Shown in pieces: positions 9,276-18,082 of a stretch of DNA of 64,000 bases (its first letter is position 1; every line of letters starts with the position of its first letter). The notes under the pieces were generated by a model that had not been told where the DNA came from, made no database searches, and saw nothing but the letters and a program-made list of their open reading frames with translations. Both the position numbers and the translations under genes were made by a program. Source of the stretch: Promethearchaeota archaeon (GTDB lineage: Archaea > Asgardarchaeota > Lokiarchaeia > Sigyniarchaeales > SOKP01); contig JAUVXW010000004.1 in assembly GCA_030603385.1 (NCBI GenBank), positions 32,001-96,000 of the forward strand, given 5' to 3'.

Positions 9276-11066
9276 TTAATCAACTCTTTTTGTTGAAGCT
9301 GCCATTTTATTAGGATCTGACATCACTTCAACAATCGAGGGCTTTCCAGAACTTAAAGCTTGTTCTAAAGCATCATCCATTTTGTCTGGTGTTTCAACTC
9401 TAATTCCAAAGCCTCCACAAGATCGAGCAAACTCAGCAAAATTAGGATTAGGAAACTCGACTCCATAGATTGGATAACCATCACGTATTAATTCTTTTTT
9501 AATATTTTTTAAAACACAGTCATGGAATAAAACAACTACAATGTTCAAATTTTCTCGCACTACTGTTGTAAAATCAGCCATTAGCATAGCGAATCCTCCA
9601 TCGCTCGCAAGGCAAATAACTTGTCTTTCGGGATAATTTATTTTCGCTGCAATTGATGCAGGCAAAGCAAAACCCATACTTGCCATATTTGCATTTAGAT
9701 AAGTTCTATGTCCTTCGCAAATGAATTTCTTATAGAAATGATATGTATGATCACCCACATCCACACAGATTATGGCATCGTTTTCTAAAATTCTCCTCAT
9801 AGATTGAATAACATACCCTGGATTTATTGGAACCGATAAATCTTTTGCTTCTAATTCAAGTTCAGCCATATGTTTTTGTTTCATTTTAAAAACGTGTGAT
9901 AAAAAATTATTGTTTTCCTGTTTTACTTCTACTAAAGGTATTAATTTCTTAAGAGTGAGTTTACCATCACCTATTAATCCAACATCAACATCAAAGGTTT
10001 TACCTATTCGAGTTGGGTCATGATCTATTTGTAATATTTTTACGTTTGAAGGCACGAGATTTGCTTGTCTAAAGCCTGAGCCAATAATAATTATTAAATC
10101 ACATTCTCGAATAGCCATAGCTGAATATTTTGTCCCTATTGAGCCTAATACGCCCACAGCATATCTATGTGTTTCATGAACAACACCTTTAACTCGTGAG
10201 GTAGTGGCAATTGGGGCTTTCAATTTCTCTGAGAGTTCAATAAGTAGTTCTCCAGCATATCTCGATCCCCATCCCCCGAATAATACTGGTCTGGTGCATT
10301 TATTGATTAGATCTGCCGCTTTTTGTATTTCCTCATCAGTTGATATAACATTACTTTTAAACAATCGTTTTTCTGGTTGGATTATTTTATCATCTAATTT
10401 ATCAACAAGAACATCTGTCGGGCAACTTAAAACAGCTACTCCTGGTTTCTTGAGTGCATATTTTGCTGCCATCATTGTAAGCTTAATTGCCTGATTCGAT
10501 CTTGCAATAGTTTCAGCGTATTCTGCAAAGGGTCGAAATAATGTAATTTGGTCTATCTCTTGAAAAGCTTCACTACCTAAGTAAACTTCAGCAATTTGAC
10601 CTACAAGTGCTAAAACGGGGCTTCTATCAGTTGCAGAGTCCATTAATCCAGTAATTAAATTAGTGGCTCCAGGTCCAGCAATAGACATACAAACACCCAA
10701 CTTACCGGTAATCTTCCCGTGAGCAGAAGCAATGAAAGCAGCTGTTTCTTCATGTCTAGTTAAAATAAAATCAATTTTTTCGTTTTCACGAATTGCATTA
10801 ACTAAAGGAAGATTAGAATCTCCAGGAATTCCAAAAACATGCGTAACTCCAAAAGCAACTAATTGTTCAATAATTTTTTCTGCTACATTTGTAGTTATAT
10901 TTTCATCCCCTTTACTCACCCCCTCTGGAACAAAAGCACTTTTAGGTGCACCGCAAACAGGACATGTCCAAGAGTCAGATAAAACGGCAAATTTTTTACC
11001 CTCGTTTTTCTCATCATAAATAAAATTACAGACAGAACATCTAAATCTAGCCAAAATTTTCACCAA
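9276..11066 (-). CDS. Rubredoxin-fused TPP-dependent enzyme (pyruvate oxidase/acetolactate synthase family)
   Basis: N-terminal CSVC...WTCPVCGAPK; FGIPGD, RHEETAAF, GPGATN, ASMGFALP, SDGGF. Confidence 0.85.
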   Translation of the reverse strand: MVKILARFRCSVCNFIYDEKNEGKKFAVLSDSWTCPVCGAPKSAFVPEGVSKGDENITTNVAEKIIEQLVAFGVTHVFGIPGDSNLPLVNAIRENEKIDFILTRHEETAAFIASAHGKITGKLGVCMSIAGPGATNLITGLMDSATDRSPVLALVGQIAEVYLGSEAFQEIDQITLFRPFAEYAETIARSNQAIKLTMMAAKYALKKPGVAVLSCPTDVLVDKLDDKIIQPEKRLFKSNVISTDEEIQKAADLINKCTRPVLFGGWGSRYAGELLIELSEKLKAPIATTSRVKGVVHETHRYAVGVLGSIGTKYSAMAIRECDLIIIIGSGFRQANLVPSNVKILQIDHDPTRIGKTFDVDVGLIGDGKLTLKKLIPLVEVKQENNNFLSHVFKMKQKHMAELELEAKDLSVPINPGYVIQSMRRILENDAIICVDVGDHTYHFYKKFICEGHRTYLNANMASMGFALPASIAAKINYPERQVICLASDGGFAMLMADFTTVVRENLNIVVVLFHDCVLKNIKKELIRDGYPIYGVEFPNPNFAEFARSCGGFGIRVETPDKMDDALEQALSSGKPSIVEVMSDPNKMAASTKRVD

Positions 11067-11200
11067 CTTATAAAGAATACAATATTGATTTAAAGTTATT
11101 TACGGAAATAATGAGAAATAAACTTTAGGCATATAAACTATAAGTTTTTATTAACACCAAAACTAATTCTTTTTAATTCTAATATTAAAATTGATACAAA

Positions 11201-12112
11201 ATGTCTGAAGAAATTATTAGGAAAAAATTTCCTCAATTTAAGAGCGAATTTGCTGAAGTTAACAACATTAAACTTCACTATGTTAAAGCAGGTCCGGAGG
11301 AAGGAAAACTAATTGTTTTTTTGCATGGATTTCCCCAGTTTTGGTATATGTGGAGAGATCAGCTTTTAGATTTTTCAAAAGATTACTTAGCAGTTGCTCC
11401 TGACATGAGGGGATATAATCTCTCATCTAAACCCGAGGAAATTGAACAATATCAACCTCAACATATGGTAGAAGATCTCAGGGCATTAGTCGAGGACCAT
11501 TTTAATCGTAAAGAATTTATATTAGTTGGACATGATTGGGGTGGTGTTGTTGCTTATCCATTTGCGAGTGCGTATCCAAATTTGGTTGAAAAACTAATTA
11601 TTATCAATGCTCCTCATCCAAATGTATTTGCGAAATTATTAGCAAAAAATAAATCTCAACAATCTTCAAGTTCATATGTATTATTTTTTAGATCACAAAA
11701 GGCTGAGGAAGTATTGTCTGCAAATAATTATGCTGCTTTGTTGGGCGTAATTGCTACTCCTGAAATGGAGTTTAGTGATGATGATCGCCAAATGTATATA
11801 GAAGCATGGTCTCAACAAGGTGCTTTAACTGGAGGACTGAATTATTATCGAGCTGGTGGATTACGTCCTCCATCACAAGGAGAAAAAATCTCAGAAGTAG
11901 CGGGTGAGCAGATGGAGATAAATCAAATAATGATAAATGTTCCGACATTAGTAATTTGGGCAGAGAAAGACACCGCTCTAACAGTTCATAATCTTGAAGG
12001 TTTGGATGAATTTGTACCTGAATTAGCTATTAATCGCATTCCAGAAGGATCTCATTGGGTTATTAATGAACAGCCTGAGAGGATAAATAAATTAATTAGG
12101 GATTTTATATAG
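11201..12112 (+). CDS. Alpha/beta hydrolase, epoxide hydrolase-like
   Basis: LHGFP, DMRGY, GHDWGG nucleophile, NYYRA, SHW. Confidence 0.9.
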   Translation: MSEEIIRKKFPQFKSEFAEVNNIKLHYVKAGPEEGKLIVFLHGFPQFWYMWRDQLLDFSKDYLAVAPDMRGYNLSSKPEEIEQYQPQHMVEDLRALVEDHFNRKEFILVGHDWGGVVAYPFASAYPNLVEKLIIINAPHPNVFAKLLAKNKSQQSSSSYVLFFRSQKAEEVLSANNYAALLGVIATPEMEFSDDDRQMYIEAWSQQGALTGGLNYYRAGGLRPPSQGEKISEVAGEQMEINQIMINVPTLVIWAEKDTALTVHNLEGLDEFVPELAINRIPEGSHWVINEQPERINKLIRDFI

Positions 12113-12182
12113 AAATGTTGTAAGCCTAGACAAATAAGTCAAACTTATATATTTTTTTAACATATTTAATCTTTAGATAAAA

Positions 12183-12731
12183 ATGTCAATTCAAGAACTA
12201 GATGATTTTATAGTTTATGAATTAGAAGATACTGGAATGAGAAAACTGGTAGAGAATATTACCCCTCAGAGTTTACAATCCATTTTACATGCAAAACAAG
12301 TTCTTATTATCGTTAGAAGAGATTTAAAAAAGATTTTTATTTGGAAAGGCTCAGCATCTCCAGTAAAGAAAAGATTCATAAGCTCACGAGTAGCTACTGC
12401 CCTTCGGGATGAATTAGAAGAGAATTGCAGAATTATTTCTGTAGATCAAGGCGATGAAGCTCAAGAATTCCTAAATGCATTTGGATTGGAATCAATGCCA
12501 GCAACTGAAGTTTTAGAAGATATGCGTTATGAAAGAAATATTGAAGAAAAGGGGAATCAATTTCAAGAATCTAAAGTTTTAATGCCAACGATGAAGTCTA
12601 AACCTAAAATTAAATTAAAAGAAAGTCCTAAATTAGATCTTACTAAAGTGGATAGAAAGAAGATTATTCAATTATTGATAAACATAAATCAAGATGTAAG
12701 TAGAATAATTGACATTTTAAAAAATTCTTAA
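12183..12731 (+). CDS. Single gelsolin-like domain protein with C-terminal helix
   Basis: IFIWKG...KRF...A...SVDQGDEAQEFL matches the gelsolin repeat pattern. Confidence 0.65.
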   Translation: MSIQELDDFIVYELEDTGMRKLVENITPQSLQSILHAKQVLIIVRRDLKKIFIWKGSASPVKKRFISSRVATALRDELEENCRIISVDQGDEAQEFLNAFGLESMPATEVLEDMRYERNIEEKGNQFQESKVLMPTMKSKPKIKLKESPKLDLTKVDRKKIIQLLININQDVSRIIDILKNS

Positions 12732-12862
12732 ATGATTTCTTCTAAATTCTAAAGCTTAGTTATTGGATTTTAATCACAATTTATTAGATATTAATATAAA
12801 CTTTTTTTATAATTGCTATTCTAATAACCTTATAAGAATTCAATTGAAAGATGAAATGAATT

Positions 12863-14242
12863 TTGAATTATCGTATTGAAAAAGATGTTTTAGGGGAATT
12901 AGAAGTTCCTACTGATGCTTATTGGGGTATAAACACTCAAAGAGCGATTAAAAACTTTCAAATAAGTGGCAAAAAATTTCCTGAGATTTTTATTAGATCT
13001 TTAGCTCAATTGAAGAAAGCTTGCTTATTGGCAAATATGGAATTAGGTTTGATTGACAAAAACAATGGTAATGCAATTGATGATGCTTTAAATGAAGTTT
13101 TGGAAGAAAATAAGCATATAGACCAATTTCCTATTGATATATTTCAAACGGGGTCTGGAACTCAAACTAATATGAATATGAATGAAGTTCTGGCCAATAG
13201 AGCTAATCAGATTCTTGGATTTCCCATGGGAAATAAACAGCCAGTACACCCAAATGATCATGTGAATAAAAGCCAATCATCTAATGATGTAATACCAAGT
13301 ACTATGCATATTTCCACTTTACATATGATTCAAAAACTCCTCCCAACGCTAGAAAGACTTAAAGAATCCTTGGAAACTAAAATTAAAGAGTTTAAGGATA
13401 TTGTAAAAGTAGGGAGGACACATCTACAAGATGCCGTTCCTATACCGTTATCTTTAGAATTCGAAGTGTATAAAAAACAAATCGGGACTAACATAGAAAG
13501 ATTACGAAGCGCTTGTAATGAATTATATTATATTCCAATTGGAGGAACAGCATTAGGAACAGGATTAAATGCCCACGAAGATTTTGCGAAACTTACCATA
13601 GCTCACCTTTCTAAAATTACTAATTTACCTTTTAAGAGTAATCCTGTAAAAGCAGAAGGAATTGCTTCACATAATACTATTGTTAAAGTTAGTGGTGATT
13701 TACGATTATTGTCTTTATCTCTTTTAAAAATGGCAAACGATATTCGTTGGATGGGTAGTGGACCTCGAGCTGGACTATCAGAATTAGAATTACCAAAAAA
13801 TGAGCCAGGATCTTCTATTATGCCCGGAAAAGTAAACCCGACTCAATCTGAGGCTTTAATCCAAGTTTGTCTTCAAGTTTTAGGGAATGATTCTGTAATC
13901 TCTTTTGGGGAAGCATATGGTAGCATTTTAGATTTAAATGTATGTAAGCCTGTTATGATTATAAATTTACTTGAATCCATTGATATCCTTATTGGAGGAA
14001 TCAATTCGTTTAGTGATCATTGTTTAATAAATTTGGAAGCAAATGAAGAACAAATAAATAATCAACTAGATGACATGCTCATGATTGTTACAAATCTATC
14101 ACCTATAATTGGGTATGATAAATGTTCAGAGATCGCGCAGAGGGCATATAAAGAAGGAAAAACGTGTAAAAAAGTAATTAAAGAGATGGGTCTAAAAATA
14201 GATAATTTAGATGAATTACTAGATCCTAAAAAAATGGTATAA
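12863..14242 (+). CDS. fumC: Class II fumarate hydratase
   Basis: QTGSGTQTNMN, SQSSND, GRTHLQDA, GSSIMPGKVNP. Confidence 0.95.
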   Translation: MNYRIEKDVLGELEVPTDAYWGINTQRAIKNFQISGKKFPEIFIRSLAQLKKACLLANMELGLIDKNNGNAIDDALNEVLEENKHIDQFPIDIFQTGSGTQTNMNMNEVLANRANQILGFPMGNKQPVHPNDHVNKSQSSNDVIPSTMHISTLHMIQKLLPTLERLKESLETKIKEFKDIVKVGRTHLQDAVPIPLSLEFEVYKKQIGTNIERLRSACNELYYIPIGGTALGTGLNAHEDFAKLTIAHLSKITNLPFKSNPVKAEGIASHNTIVKVSGDLRLLSLSLLKMANDIRWMGSGPRAGLSELELPKNEPGSSIMPGKVNPTQSEALIQVCLQVLGNDSVISFGEAYGSILDLNVCKPVMIINLLESIDILIGGINSFSDHCLINLEANEEQINNQLDDMLMIVTNLSPIIGYDKCSEIAQRAYKEGKTCKKVIKEMGLKIDNLDELLDPKKMV

Positions 14243-14254
14243 TTTTTGAGGTGA

Positions 14255-15316
14255 ATGTATACGACTGAAATTAAAACAGTAGAAGATGTTCGCAATATTG
14301 CTAGAGAGAAGTTAAAAGGTATATGTGGTGTCTATAAAGATTGTGATGGTGATACACGTAGACTTTGTCAAGGGCAAAGTTATGGAAGAGCTCTAGGGAT
14401 TGGGGGTATTGGGAGTGGTGCTAGTTTTAATAATAACTTCTTAGCACTCAGAAAATACAACTTAAAAATGAAATTAGTGGAAGAAGATTTTACTCCCGAT
14501 ACTTCATACAATTTTTTCGGTAAAGATCTCTCTATGCCTGTCATGGCTGCAAGTGTTGCGGGTGTTAACAGTTTTGGGGGTGATTCGGTGATCACTGAAC
14601 AAGAGTTTTGCCGTTCTGTGGTTCTAGGCTGTAAGGCAGCAGGATCTCTGGGTTGGAGGGGAGATACATATACTTATTCTCTTGAAAAATCCTATGGCAT
14701 TAATGCAATCGCGGAAGCTAACGGATTTGGCGTTAAAATTGTAAAACCACGAGAACAGGAAACAATAATCAAATTTTTTAAAAAAGCTGAAGATATTAGA
14801 TGTATTGCTGTAGGTATTGATACAGATGGTTGCGGTTCATATGCGATGAATACCCATAACAAACCAGTCTTTAAAAAATCAGTTGAAGACATTAAGGAAT
14901 TAGTTTCTGCTACAAACTTACCAGTCATTATTAAAGGTGTAATGTGTGTTGAAGATGCATTAAAGGCAAAAGAATCTGGAGCAGCAGCTATAGTAGTATC
15001 CAATCACGGGGGAAGAGTGTTAGATCATACTTCCGGAACAGCAGATGTTTTACAACCTATAGTTAAAGAACTGAAGGGTAAAATAAAGATTTTAGTTGAT
15101 GGTGGTATTCGTAATGGTTATGATGTACTAAAGATGCTCGCACTTGGAGCTGAATCTGTTCTAATTGGACGTGATATTATTCGAGCTTCTGTTGGAGCAG
15201 GTATTAAAGGAGTACAGATTCATATGGAATACATGCAAAAGACCATTCAGAAAGCAATGAAGATGACGAATTGTAAGACATTGAGAGATGTCTCTTCAGG
15301 CATTTTAAATTATTAA
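14255..15316 (+). CDS. FMN-dependent alpha-hydroxy-acid dehydrogenase family protein
   Basis: IIKGV, VSNHGGRVLD, DGGIRNGYD, IGR. Confidence 0.88.
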   Translation: MYTTEIKTVEDVRNIAREKLKGICGVYKDCDGDTRRLCQGQSYGRALGIGGIGSGASFNNNFLALRKYNLKMKLVEEDFTPDTSYNFFGKDLSMPVMAASVAGVNSFGGDSVITEQEFCRSVVLGCKAAGSLGWRGDTYTYSLEKSYGINAIAEANGFGVKIVKPREQETIIKFFKKAEDIRCIAVGIDTDGCGSYAMNTHNKPVFKKSVEDIKELVSATNLPVIIKGVMCVEDALKAKESGAAAIVVSNHGGRVLDHTSGTADVLQPIVKELKGKIKILVDGGIRNGYDVLKMLALGAESVLIGRDIIRASVGAGIKGVQIHMEYMQKTIQKAMKMTNCKTLRDVSSGILNY

Positions 15317-15372
15317 AATATGCTTAATTATATCCATTTGATAGTGGTTTCACTAATTAAAACTTTAATAGA

Positions 15373-16032
15373 GTGAAAATGGAAAAAGGAGAAGTTATAG
15401 GGAAAGGAAGGACAGCAGAAGTAATATATTGGGGTAATAACAGAGTTTTAAAACTATTCTACAAAGATTTTCCAAGTAGTATAATAGATTATCAATATAA
15501 AGTAGATACCTTGATTGGGAAAATTTTTCCAAATTGTCCTAAAGCTTTAGAGAAAATTGAAGAAAACGGTAGAATTGGTATCCTTTACGAATATATCGAA
15601 GGAATAGTCTTAAGGGAATTCATGGGGAAAAAAATCAAAAGTGTAGGTAAAGCTCTTAGAATGTTAGCAGAAATCCACGTTGAGATGCATAAGTACGAAA
15701 TAAAGGATATCAACTCTCAAAAAAATTCTTTTAAACTATCAATTCAACAGACGGATGTTGCCAGAACTTTTTATGTATTAAAATACGGTTTGGCACCTTC
15801 TGATGAATATACTCTTAAGAAAAGTTTTTTACATAGATTTTTTTTCAAAGCAATTAAATCTCTTGTGGCAAAAACATATATCAAGCATTATCTAAAACTA
15901 ACTGGTAAATCCATGGAAGAGATTAAGAAATGGAATCTTGCTATATTTGCCACGCGCCTTCGTGATCCAGTGCCTTTAGAATATGATAATTTATTGAAAA
16001 TGATCAATAATTCACTTAAACATTATAAATAA
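15373..16032 (+). pseudogene. Aminoglycoside phosphotransferase-like kinase lacking its catalytic core (in-frame deletion)
   Basis: IGKGRTAEV, VLKLF, YEYIEG and DVART are present, but no HGDxHxxN or IDW motif. Confidence 0.6.
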
Positions 16033-16066
16033 ATTTTTAAAATTGTAAAAAAAAAGACGAGTAATT

Positions 16067-16135
16067 TCCCAGAACCCTTGCAAGGTTGTCATCATGTGCC
16101 AATCATTTATGCACATAAATCATTCTTATCTGGGA
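16067..16135 (-). promoter_or_regulatory. Eukaryote-like SECIS element in the 3'UTR
   Basis: Minus strand: CCCAGA..AUGAU-UUAUGUGC-[AUAAAUGAUUG]-GCACAUGA-UGAC..UCUGGG; AUGA/GA quartet, 8-bp upper helix, AAA in loop; begins just after the stop of the UGA-containing gene. Confidence 0.85.
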
Positions 16136-16141
16136 TATTGA

Positions 16142-16657
16142 TTATAAATGTTTTTCGATTGCTTCAACAATTAATTCTATTGATGGTCTATCTGTTTTTG
16201 CCCCAATATATTGCCACACTATGTTTCCTTCTTTATTAATAAGAAATTTTGATGGTATAGCATGACTTATTTGTAATCCATCGTGTACCGCAGACTTTCT
16301 ATCTAAGAAAACATTATAGGCCTTACTAATTCTACCAGCTCGATCAGTAATAAACTGTATTTTATAGTTATTTTTGTACTTCATTTTTATTAGTTTATCA
16401 GGAAGATCTATTGCGATAGATATTAGTTTGACATTATTTTTTTTTAATATTGACAAGTTTTCATTTAGGTAATTGAGATGTTTTTTACAATGAATTCACC
16501 AACTTCCACGAAATAAATCAAGTAAAATACCTTTATACTTTTTTAGCAATTCAGTTAAATTTATGGTATCACCATCTATATCTTCTGTGTCAATCATAGG
16601 TGCTTTAGTTCCTAATGGTAAACCTTTATTTGGTGTTGAAATATGCAATTCTGTCAT
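16142..16657 (-). CDS. Peroxiredoxin-like (AhpC/TSA) selenoprotein, Sec at TGA 16496-16498
   Basis: Two track ORFs are in frame: DLFRGSW-TGA-IHCKKHLNYL gives UxxC in a thioredoxin fold; SECIS downstream. Confidence 0.9.
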
Positions 16658-16789
16658 AATTGAAATAATTATTTTTTCAATACTTAAAGGGTTTTTCAAT
16701 AAATTATAAACGTTTGAGATTAATGTTTTAAAAGCCTAATAATTAAATACCTACTTAATTTACTTAAAGGTAAATTTAAGATTTCAAAA

Positions 16790-18067
16790 ATGAGGGAATA
16801 TTATATGAATCGCGAATTAAAAAGTTGTGAGACAACAGATTCATTTGCGTGTGAAGATTACAAAGAAAAAGAACCTAAGATGTGTGAACTTGACCAATCT
16901 AAGACTTATAAAGGATTAGTTGGAATTTATGTAGATGAAAGTACTATAACCTATATTGATGGACTTAAAGGAGAATTATACTATCGAGGTTATCCTTTAC
17001 ATGATTTAGTTGATAATTCTTCATTTGAAGAAGTTGCATATCTGTTAATATATGGAAAGTTACCTTCGAAATCAGAATTTGAAGCTTTTAATGATGAATT
17101 AATTAAGGAACGAAATATACATGATAATATTTTAACAATTTTAAAAAGCTATCCAAGAAATACTACTAGAATAGAGTTATTAAGAACTTCAGTTTCCGCA
17201 TTATCTCTTTATGACCCAGATGATTATGACTTTTCAGAAGAAGCAAATATTAGGAAAGGTATAAGAATAATCGCGAAAATTCCAACAGTTTTAGCTTTTT
17301 CTCACAGAATTCAGAGTAATCTGCCTTTAATAGAACCTTCAGAAGACCTCTCTCATGCATGTAATTATTATTATATGATGACAGGAGAGGTTCCCAATAA
17401 TGAATTTACTCGTTATTTTGATAAAATATTAATTTGTCACATGGATCACTCGATCAACAGTAGCACTTTCTCCTGTAGGGTTACTGTCTCAACTTTGTCA
17501 GATATGTATAGCGGTATAACAAGTGCCATTGGAACACTTCGAGGGCCTCTTCATGGGGGTGCCAACGAAAGAGTAATAAACTCAATGTTGGGAGAAGTAA
17601 AGAAAATAGAAAATGTTACCCCTTGGGCAAAATCTAAGTTGGAAAACAAAGAAAAGATAATGGGTTTTGGGCACCGAGTTTATAAGACATGGGATCCCCG
17701 AGCTAAAATCTTGCGTGATATAGCTAGGGAATTATGGAATAATCCTGAAATCGTGGAGAAGATTCCAGATTTACAACATGAAGAACATAAAGGTGATATA
17801 GATAATATTTTTGAAATGACAGAAATACTTACAGATTTTATGATCAAAACCAAAAATATTTATCCAAACGTCGATCTATATTCTGCTGGTGCCTTACATG
17901 CATTAGGAATACCTACAGCATTATTTACACCTTTGTTCGCTGCTTCTAGAAGTGCTGGGTGGGTAGCTCATGCCATAGAGCAACTTTCCGACAATAAACT
18001 GATCAGACCACGACTTCGATATGTGGGCGACCTAGATAAGAATTATATTGGTATTGAGAAGAGATAA
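16790..18067 (+). CDS. gltA: Citrate synthase
   Basis: LYYRGY, DHSINSST, GPLHGGANE, MGFGHRVYK, DPR, NVDLYS. Confidence 0.93.
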   Translation: MREYYMNRELKSCETTDSFACEDYKEKEPKMCELDQSKTYKGLVGIYVDESTITYIDGLKGELYYRGYPLHDLVDNSSFEEVAYLLIYGKLPSKSEFEAFNDELIKERNIHDNILTILKSYPRNTTRIELLRTSVSALSLYDPDDYDFSEEANIRKGIRIIAKIPTVLAFSHRIQSNLPLIEPSEDLSHACNYYYMMTGEVPNNEFTRYFDKILICHMDHSINSSTFSCRVTVSTLSDMYSGITSAIGTLRGPLHGGANERVINSMLGEVKKIENVTPWAKSKLENKEKIMGFGHRVYKTWDPRAKILRDIARELWNNPEIVEKIPDLQHEEHKGDIDNIFEMTEILTDFMIKTKNIYPNVDLYSAGALHALGIPTALFTPLFAASRSAGWVAHAIEQLSDNKLIRPRLRYVGDLDKNYIGIEKR

Positions 18068-18082
18068 TGCATAACTGATAAA

